Assembly (NCBI GenBank): GCA_003971905.1
Contig: RSEE01000065.1
Coordinates: 371,931 to 391,930 of the forward strand
DNA length: 20,000 bases
Reading direction: 5' to 3'
Source of the DNA: Moniliella sp. 'wahieum'
Lineage: Eukaryota
A program made the translations under genes and the position numbers. Numbering within the stretch: the stretch's first letter is position 1; every line of letters starts with the position of its first letter. The notes under the pieces are model-generated. The model saw only the letters and a list, made by a program, of their open reading frames with translations. It did not search any database and was not told where the DNA came from. Below are positions 10,814 through 20,000 of this stretch, piece after piece.

Positions 10814-10899
10814 GGCGGCAGAGGAGGCGGGGATGGTGGTGGGGGCGAGGCAAGAGAGACGCGCGCGGGCTGCCAGTCGTGGAGGCAGGCGAGCAGCAT

Positions 10900-11113
10900 G
10901 CGGCCAGGCACGGCCGAGAAGCGCCGCCGGGAGGCCTTCGAATCGGAACCTGGTAGAACCAGAAACCCCGCCACCGTTCCGCCCATCGGCGGAAACAGCC
11001 CCCCCGCCGGTGAAAAAATGATCACCACCACCTCAATCTGTTTTCCGCCGGGCGCACCTGGCTTGCCACCTGCTTTCCCCTTGCCACCTCTTGCGCACCT
11101 GCTCGTCTGTGCC
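10900..11113. promoter_or_regulatory. Short divergent (probably bidirectional) promoter between ALA1 and RPB10
   Basis: Head-to-head start codons at 10899/10813 (-) and 11114 (+). Positional inference only. Confidence 0.55.
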
Positions 11114-11481
11114 ATGGTACGCGTCGTCTCTGCTTCGGCGCTGGCGTTCCCTTCTCGTGACCCTGACCACATCCACTTCTTCTCCAGATTATCCCGTCGC
11201 TGCTTCTCTTGCGGAAAGGTCGTGGGCGACAAGTGGGACCTGTTTATTGGGCATGATCAACGTCGACATCGAGGAGGGCCAGGCCCTGACTGAGCTTGGT
11301 CTTAAGCGCTACTGCTGCCGTCGCATGGTGCTCACTCACGTCGACCTGATTGAAAAGCTGCTGCACTACAACAGTATGTGTTTTTTTTTTTTTTCCTTGC
11401 GCTCCCAGCGTTTGCCGTCCTCTCTTGTGGCTACTAACCATGTCTGTCCCTCCAGTCCACGACCGGTCCCAGGACGAGTAA
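11114..11481 (+). CDS. RPB10: DNA-directed RNA polymerases I/II/III subunit RPABC5; exons 11114-11116, 11188-11373, 11456-11481
   Basis: M|II(PVR)[12 protein letters not shown]...[38 protein letters not shown]. Intron 11117-11187 is GTACGC..CTGAC..CAG and intron 11374-11455 is GTATGT..CTAAC..CAG. Small indels in exon 2. Confidence 0.97.
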
Positions 11482-11562
11482 CTAGCCTGCGTCATCTCAC
11501 TTCTACGTGTACCATATCCTGCCTGTACCCCTCTCCTCAAAATGCGCATGGCTTGCCTATGC

Positions 11563-13514
11563 TCACATGGGGCCAGTGCATAGCTTACTGGAGCGCACGT
11601 GTGGCTCATAAAGCACCTCTTCTGCAAGCGGAAGATCGAGAGGTCGAGGGGGTATAGCCTCCCCGGGCCGACGGGAAGGGCGTGGGGTGATAGTGTCCCG
11701 TGCTCCCATGGTTGCGGTAGTAGCATCCACTGCAGCTCCCTCGCGGGCGTCGGAGAAGGGGCCGCGGCAGAGCGAGCCCAGGGGGGGACTGGGAGCGGTA
11801 GGCTGGTCGCCTCCCGCCCCCGATCAGAAAAGTTGAAAAGGGTTTGCAATCCGGGTGAGCTGGGTTCGGAGCCCAACAAACCCGTCTCCGCCAGCAGGGA
11901 GAAGAATCGGTTGCGTTGCGGTGGTGGTGTAGAGGGCACAGAGCCCCCTGGTTCCGTAGGGGTACAGGCAGTGAGGGAACAGACACGCGCTTCATCCGCC
12001 TGGGATCCGCCCCTATTACGGCGTTCCCAGGCTGGATCGCTTCTTTTCTAGCGTTGACCACTGCAGAAGGAAGGACAGCCTTGGTACTTGTCGCATCTGC
12101 CGGCAGAGCCAATGGCACATCCATCTCGCGGGACTCTTCGTCGGATTCCGGCTGTGGCATCCAACCACAAGCGCCCTAATGCACCAATGGGACGACCCAG
12201 ACTTAAATCGCGCCGCCTCCCTGTGCGTTGTAGAAAACTGGCGTGTGTCCTGAGCCAGAGCTGGGTAGTGAGTGGTGTCGTTAATGCGGTGAAGCCGCCC
12301 CCGAGGGAAGTGGGTGTAGGGATGGCGTTCTCCCGTTACTTGCAATGCTGGAAGAGGGGCTGGACCAAGATTGCACTTGTCCTGAACTACCACTTGGGCT
12401 GGAGACGCCAAAGTATACGCCCTTTCCTCCTCGGGAGAAATGTTGGAAAGTGAAGAGAGGTCCATTTTCTCAATGAACCCAAGAGCGCTTGGATGGACGC
12501 GAGATAATACCCTTCTTCGGATGAGAGATACTTATGTCCCCGAAATCGACCAATGTACTCCACATTAGACACGATATGGGAGCATCGAGCCCGTATCAAG
12601 GTCAATATGAGCAGCGGAAGGAATGAATCGGCCCCAGCCTCGGGGGAGACGACGAATCAGGCCAAAGAGGACCTTGCACACGTTGAGCAGCACGATCAAC
12701 TTATCCCTCGGCGCTTTGTATTGGTTAATGCATCGTAGCTCCTGGGCAGCAAAATGAAGATATGCCTTGGAAGAGGACATGTGGAAGATCAAGATGGCGT
12801 TCGGCGATCCAGGAGAATACCTTGCTTGTCGGTCGAGAACTGTGTCCCTTTGGAGATCATTGGATCCAATGGGCGTCCGCCCTGCGGCTTCTTGTGCCGG
12901 TGGGAACACATGTGAATATACACGCGTAAGAATAAACTTCTCCATGGCTTCATTTGTTTCTCTCTCTCTGCCTCGGTTAGGGCGATCCAAGGAGACGTGG
13001 ACGCCATCAGATCGTCAACGGAGGCCAAAAAATACCGAAGCTGTTCAGCTTGATCATGAACCGGACGGGGCCGACGGACAAAGTCTTGCAAAAAACTAGA
13101 AAGAGCCATGTTAGATTCAGGAGGAAACAGGAGAAGCGAAAACGAACCTCCGCATATGTTCACGCACAGGAGCCGCGCTCTTGGTGGTGAGCTGCTCGAG
13201 AAAGAGGTTCAAATCTAAGAGAGTCTCGTTCGTCTCAGAGGTGGGGGGGCGGGCGCGCGGAGATTGATGAGCCAAGGAAGCGCTTGGTTTGCACGGAAGT
13301 TTGTCGTGGGCGGGGGAGGGGGAGGTTGGGAATCGGTCGTGGGGTCGGATAAGCTGGTGCTGGAGGGCAGGAACGAATGGGGCTCGGTAATTGGGGCCGC
13401 CGGAGCGACCGGAGCCGGGGACGTGGCGGACGTGGGAGAGAACGTACGAGCACGGGTCTCCCGTCCGGCGCCCTCTGGAACCAACATGGTGTTCGATACA
13501 AGTGTGGCTTCCAT
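11563..13514 (-). CDS. VPS9: VPS9-domain Rab5 guanine nucleotide exchange factor; one intron, frameshifted; both ends approximate
   Basis: [114 protein letters not shown] and [17 protein letters not shown] match fungal Vps9. The start could instead be further upstream (ATGs up to 13691). Confidence 0.88.
13096..13147 (-). other. Spliceosomal intron (52 nt) in VPS9
   Basis: GTTCGT donor, CTAAC branch site (13110-13114), TAG acceptor. Joins HMRS|FLQDF in frame. Confidence 0.85.
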
Positions 13515-13939
13515 CGAGCATGCAACGGGCAGGCGCAGTGTGGGTGGGGGCGTGGGCCAGACCGAGGGCGGGAAGGTGGCCGAGGGACGGCTGGACGAGG
13601 GAGGAGCGCAACAGCTGCTCCACAGGTACATACTACGGCTCCAATGCTGGACCCTGGCCCTTGCCATTTCAATTTCAATCTCCATCGCCATCGGTTGGTG
13701 CGCAGCCTCCCAGTGAGGAACGCAGGCGACAGGGACTACCAGTGGCGCCGTGCGGTTCAGCCCGCGGAATGATGCGGAATCAGCCAGGGGCGGGGTTGCT
13801 AGCTACTAGTTACTAATTGCCGGGCAGCCCTTCAAGCTTCAGCTTCAGGCGCTGAAGCTCCAGGCAGCTCGTGGGGCAGCCAGCGGACGCAGCCGCTGGG
13901 CTTGGACCTGGGAGCATCGCACCCACCACCACTCCGCCC

Positions 13940-14219
13940 ATGCCCAGCCCATCATCTCCCGTGCTGGCCAAGTTGGCTTACGATCAAACGGAAACGCTCT
14001 CAACGTACCGCGCGTGAACCCTTGGATCTTGCGGACCAAAGCGATCGGCGTGTCGGCTGTGTTTGCCAGCGTGGCTGGTGCCGCCCTCTACAAGATCGCA
14101 ACCCGCCCGTACGTCGCTCTTGCATATTCAACCTGCCGCTCTGGAAATGCTGACAAACCATGTGTTTTTACAGCAAGAAGGAGGACCCCTGGGTCCGCGT
14201 GAGGTCCTACGGCTTTTAG
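13940..14219 (+). CDS. Small (~71 aa) two-exon single-pass membrane protein of unknown function
   Basis: Canonical 65-nt intron 14109-14173 (GTACGT..GCTGAC..TTTTTACAG). The spliced product is MPS(P)IISRAGQVGLRSNGNALNVPRVNPWILRTKAIGVSAVFASVAGAALYKIATRPKKEDPWVRVRSYGF*. One extra base near 13943-13950 is needed to link ATG 13940. Confidence 0.7.
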
Positions 14220-14961
14220 ATGCGTCGCTTTGCGCAGCCAACTTCTGGGTCTGGAGGTGTTCTATCTTGAGGAAGCAAGGGTTCTTGGACAAGAAGACAA
14301 TCACAGGGAGGTCTTGATATGTCCTATTTCATGCCAGGAATGCTGCGAATGTTGCCTATGCATCGTGTATATCCATCATGCTGACCCAGGGGGCTTAGTG
14401 CTCATGGAATTGGGGTTCTGGTCTATTCATCTACCGAACGATGGGACTATTCGGGATTGGCGGCCAGGAAAGATCTCATTGGAGATGGTTCATCGATCAT
14501 CGCTTGTCTTCCTTCGGATGCACTCGCGCTAGATCCGATTCAGAAGCGAATGCCGGGAGTCAGAGGGTTCTGACCTGTTGCCGATGTTACTGACTTCCTA
14601 TTGGGTTGGCACGAGCTAGCAGCGCACGCTGGAGGAGAGAGCTTGGCATGCGCATCCTTCCTTATCCCGACCTCACGTTATGCACATACTATCGAAGAAG
14701 AGATCTGAGTCTCTGTCACTGAGTGCCGGGGACTGAGTACGTTAATGGTTGGGTGCCATAGAAGATGGCATATTGGCTACCATATTGGATCCGCCTTGTA
14801 CTTTTTTTAACTCATACAAGTGTATTGCTTCGGAAGCACTTTTGGGGAGAGAGAAACCAAACCCATTCGCTGCAAGGGAAAGACCAGGGTAGGAATTAGA
14901 GGGGGAAAGGAAGAGAAGAAAGCGAGCTTCTCGGAGTTGTAGTCCACAAAGGAAGGTCAAA

Positions 14962-16005
<1,044 letters not shown>

Positions 16006-16095
16006 TCAGTGCTTTTTCTTTCCGGCCATTTTTCTGCGTTGCACATCAATCAGGGCCATGGGGTGTTGCACCGAGGTAGAAACATCGCATTGGTC

Positions 16096-16143
16096 CATCA
16101 TGCATCACCCATCCCGACCCCTCATCATGCATCATGCATCAAA
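16096..16143. repeat. Degenerate CATCATG (reverse complement CATGATG) heptamer array upstream of HMT1
   Basis: CATCATG CATCACC CATCCCG ACCCCT CATCATG CATCATG CATCAAA. Confidence 0.7.
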
Positions 16144-16363
16144 TAACCTTCAGCAGCAGATCATCGATCATCGACAACTCATTACCACAACTGCCTCAAC
16201 TGCCTCACCTACGTCGATCGTTAAGCACATTCAACCGCCTTCCATTCACCTCGAGAGCACCATCACTACCTTAGTTGCCTTCAAACTTCCAAACCTACGG
16301 AGTAGGCGTGCTCCGCAGCTACAATCCCACGAAAATGATGCATGCGAGAAGCAGGACAATGTA

Positions 16364-18002
16364 TTACTCAATGTCATGTTGCTGGATCACATCGTCAATC
16401 TTGAGCACCGCGCGGACAAGCTGGGTGGCCAGTAGTAGCTGTTGCCGCTTGGATACGAGTGGATCCCACACATACGCCTCTTTCATGTCTCCTGCCCCAT
16501 CTCCTGAGGCCGAGGTCCCCATACAGTCAATCCCCAGCCGCGGATTGGACTCGAGAGCTTGTCTGCTCTTCGCCGCCGCCAAGCTTTCGATAGGGCTCAG
16601 GCCGCTGTTGGCCGCAAGGGCGAGGGGGTAGCGTCTAGTGCCTGACTGAAGGCACGGATGGCGTATTGTTCCACAGAGGGCTCCTTGTCTGCCGCAGCGC
16701 TCACTGCAAGCCCTGCCGAGATCTCAGCTGCTCCACCGCCATATACCACGCGGTTGTCTCGCACCAACGCGCGGACAACGCTCATGGCATCGTGCAAAGC
16801 GCGCCGTGCCTCGTCAACAATCATCTTGTTGCTCCCACGCACAAATACAGTCACTGCGCGTGCATTGGCGCACTCCTCCACGACAAGCATCTTGTCCCGG
16901 GTCGTGCCAAAGCCTACTTGACGCACTACGCCGGCGCGCCCCAGCTTGGCCGGGGCCAAGTCCTCAAACCGAGGTACAATCCGGCCTCCAGTCGCAATCG
17001 CCACAAGCTCCATCTCAGGCCCCCCAACCCAGCGGACGGCTGGAAGATTGTGTTGGAGCAACAGGTGGTTTGCCTCGTCATCAAAGCCCCACTGGCACAT
17101 GACCAAGTTGGCCCCTGAATCCTTGACTTGCTGGATCATCTTTTCGAACGTCTCTCGTTCATACTTCTCCAGCTTACGGTACTCGTCAACCGACGTGATG
17201 TCGAGCTTGTGCTTGGTCTTGGGCCGTGGTGGCTCGAATGGGCACGTGAGAATAGCAATTCTGGCATCGTGCACGGCCCGGGGCATCTGCGGGTGGCTAA
17301 AGTCCTTGTCGAGGACGACACCGTGAACCAAGGCCGTATCCTCGAGCGAACCGCCGACCTTGCCATCGACCTTGATCAATTCAAAGTCCACGTCCTTCCG
17401 CTCCAGATCAGCAACTGACAGCACTGCATCAATGGCGATCTGGGCAAATTTGTCACTTGACTTGTTCACAATCTTAGATCCCAACGACGTTTTCGCCACC
17501 TTCAACAGCTCGCTCGTGTTTCGCGGCTGAATGGGATTGTGTCGGCGACTTTCTCAAGCTCGGCCACGGCAATTTCACATGCACGATCATATCCATCGGC
17601 AATGCGAATCGGATGAATGCCCTTGTCAATCAGGCTTTCAGCCTGCTCGAGCAAAGCTCCAGCGAGAACCACACGACCCGTCGTACCATCGCCAATTTCG
17701 TCATCTTGGGCCTTGGACAGCTCAACAAGCAGCTTTGCAACGGGGTGCTCCAACTCCATGTTGTTCATAATGGTCGCACCGTCATTGGTGACTTGGATGT
17801 CGCCGTCGGGGCCGATGAGGATCTTGTCCAGGCCACGCGGCCCGAGGGAGGTCTTGACAATGTTAGCCACCGTTTTGGCCGCAGCGATGTGTGCCTTGAT
17901 CGCCTCAATGCCATGCGCGCGCGTCTTCTTGCCTTGCTCACGCACGACAATAAAAGGGCGCCCATACTCATCCTGAGCATACGCTACTTGCGGCTCGGCC
18001 AT
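16364..18002 (-). CDS. CCT5: T-complex protein 1 subunit epsilon (CCT/TRiC); apparently intronless, frameshifted near 17520 and 16625
   Basis: [14 protein letters not shown]-terminus, [69 protein letters not shown] and [16 protein letters not shown] are epsilon-type motifs. Confidence 0.98.
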
Positions 18003-18738
18003 GGTCGAGACAGGTAGGGTGGGTGGGGGGGAACTGGTGGCGGGGGGGATGGCAAGAGAGAAAAGCCGGCCTGAAAGACGCGCCGCCGCGCGACTACCGA
18101 GGGGGGCACCGCAGGCTCGCGCCCTGCCCGTGGGCGGAACGCTTCGGCTTGCTTCTTCCCGCCCACACCAACACGCCGGGCAAGAGCCAGTCTGTGTCCA
18201 TTTCAAATGTTCAACGCGTGCGTGTTCGTTCGCAACCGCCGCCGAGGCTCAATTACCGGCGCCATCTCTCGCGCGCAGGCCTGCGGCTGGGCAAGAGGAT
18301 CGCCGTGCGTACTCTGCTGCGTTCCCTCGCGCCACACAGCAGCCAGTCCAGCGCCCAGCGCAGGCCCAGGGAGTCAGGATCACAACGCACACCACCATCG
18401 CTCTGGTCCCACGAGTGGAGCAGATTGCCAGGTGGAAGCTTGGGCGTACGTTAGTATACCGAACAGGTTGGGCGGGGCTATCAGCATCCTCCTGCAGTAC
18501 TGTCTAGCTACGCGCTCTCTGCTGGTTAAGCAGAGTGCAAAAAAACGAACACGCTTCTGCCCAACAAATAGCTCACACGCAGGGCCACGCAGCAGGCAAT
18601 GATCAGATGTAGGAAGGAGGATCGGTTCATCGTAGTTCTGGAAATCAAGCATGCCAGTTCCAGCAGAACTGCTGACAATTGGCATCACCGAGAGCCAGGG
18701 TAAGGAATTCAAAGAACGCCGAGACAGGTGAGCCAAAT

Positions 18739-19666
18739 TTACTTGTAAACCTTGCCAAACAGCACCTCCTGGAGCTTGTCGTAGCCCGACAGCACACCAG
18801 CGCCGGCCAAACCACGAAGGATGTTGGCGCCAGCACCCTTGAAGAGCGACTTGACGCCCTCCTTGGCAAAATCTGGCGACCAGCATCGAACATGCCGTTG
18901 TAGTGCGTCTTGCCACCCGAGGTCATCATCATGCGACGACGGATCGTGTCGAGCGGGTACGAAGCAATGCCGGCACCCGTGGTGACCACCAGCCGAGCAG
19001 AAGGAAGCGAGGAAGAGCCCTCAAGAGGACCGTGATGATAACCGGCTTAACGAGTCGTACACACCAAAGTAGAGACCACGGTAGACCACAATACCGACGA
19101 CCGAGGGGATAAGCCACGGTAGAGACCAGCGATACCGTCCGAAGCAATCGTCTTGCGGTACACGTCGACGAGACCGTGAACTGGCGCTCACCACCCTTGC
19201 CGGCGACTTGGCGTCGTTGGCAAGACGAGTACGGGCGTAGTCGAGCGAGTAGACAACAGAAGCGACGAGGCAACCAGCGGCACCACCCGAGGCAATGTTG
19301 GCACTGAGCTTCTTGACGTAGGGGGCATCCTTGGGCACCTTGAACAGGGCCTTGAAGTAGTCCTTGAAGGCAAAGTTAAGAGCCTGGGTGGGGAAAGTAA
19401 CGGATGACGTTGGCCGTGTTGCCACGCCAGAAAGACAAGGCCCTCCGACTTGTAGGTGCGGGCGAAGGTGTCGCCGAGACCGCTGTAGGGACGATCAAGA
19501 CGGCCTTGCTTGATCATCTCATCCTGGTTCTGGATGAGAAGCTTGACACGCTCGATCGGGGGCAGCCGCCGTCTTGGAGACAGCGGCCGAGATGCCACCC
19601 ATCATAAAGTCGGTGAAGAAGGACGAGGCCGTCTTGGGCTTTTGCGCGGGATCGACAGGCACCCAT
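18739..19666 (-). CDS. AAC: Mitochondrial ADP/ATP carrier; apparently intronless, heavily frameshifted
   Basis: [80 protein letters not shown], the signature [15 protein letters not shown] (RRRMMM at 18924-18941), and [14 protein letters not shown]. Confidence 0.98.
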
Positions 19667-20000
19667 GTGAAGGAGGAGTTGTTGGTGGGAAAAGAGAAGG
19701 AGCTGCTCGCAGCTCCCGTTCGTGCTTGTGCAGAGGGTAGATAGCAGCAGCCCCGCAGCCACACAGGCGCGGCGGGGAAGGCTACGCCGACGGGATGACG
19801 GCACGAGGGCAGTGAGGTGCATGCTGTTTGCCACGCAAGCTGGCGCCGTGCGGGCGGGATTCCAGCTTGCTGTGCTGTCAAACGGTTTTTGAATCAACGG
19901 CGGCATAGGGCGACCGGTGAGCGGTGGCCGCCACCCGTGAAGCGATGACGATGCCGCGGGACGAGTGGCAGGCGGCGATAGCGCAACCATCGATAGCGCA

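Noticed and set aside
11091..11657. 188-aa ORF containing the RPB10 motif
   Set aside because: It reads through two introns and the UTR. The true product is the ~70-aa spliced RPB10.
18214..18219. MCB-like ACGCGT upstream of CCT5
   Set aside because: A single hexamer in GC-rich DNA is expected by chance, and there is no supporting second copy.

Overview
Compact, GC-rich, intron-poor eukaryotic DNA, most consistent with a basidiomycete fungus (possibly Ustilaginomycotina; inference from short GTACGT/GTATGT...CTRAC...YAG introns, fungal-type proteins and tight gene packing). Gene order: very large uncharacterised TPR-containing protein with an Ala-Pro microsatellite (-), NIPA/DUF803 Mg2+ transporter (+), alanyl-tRNA synthetase (-), RNA polymerase subunit RPB10 (+), VPS9-domain Rab5 GEF (-), a spliced ~71-aa single-TM microprotein missed by the ORF track (+), arginine methyltransferase HMT1/PRMT1 (-), chaperonin CCT5 (-) and the ADP/ATP carrier (-). 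Nearly every gene is broken by 1-2 nt indels, mostly in homopolymers, which looks like an unpolished long-read consensus rather than biology, so gene models were stitched by eye across frames. I see no mobile element, CRISPR array or RNA gene, and no clear novel multi-gene system. The best leads are the microprotein, the giant TPR protein, a CATGATG heptamer array recurring in two upstream regions, and a hidden mitochondrial presequence on AlaRS.
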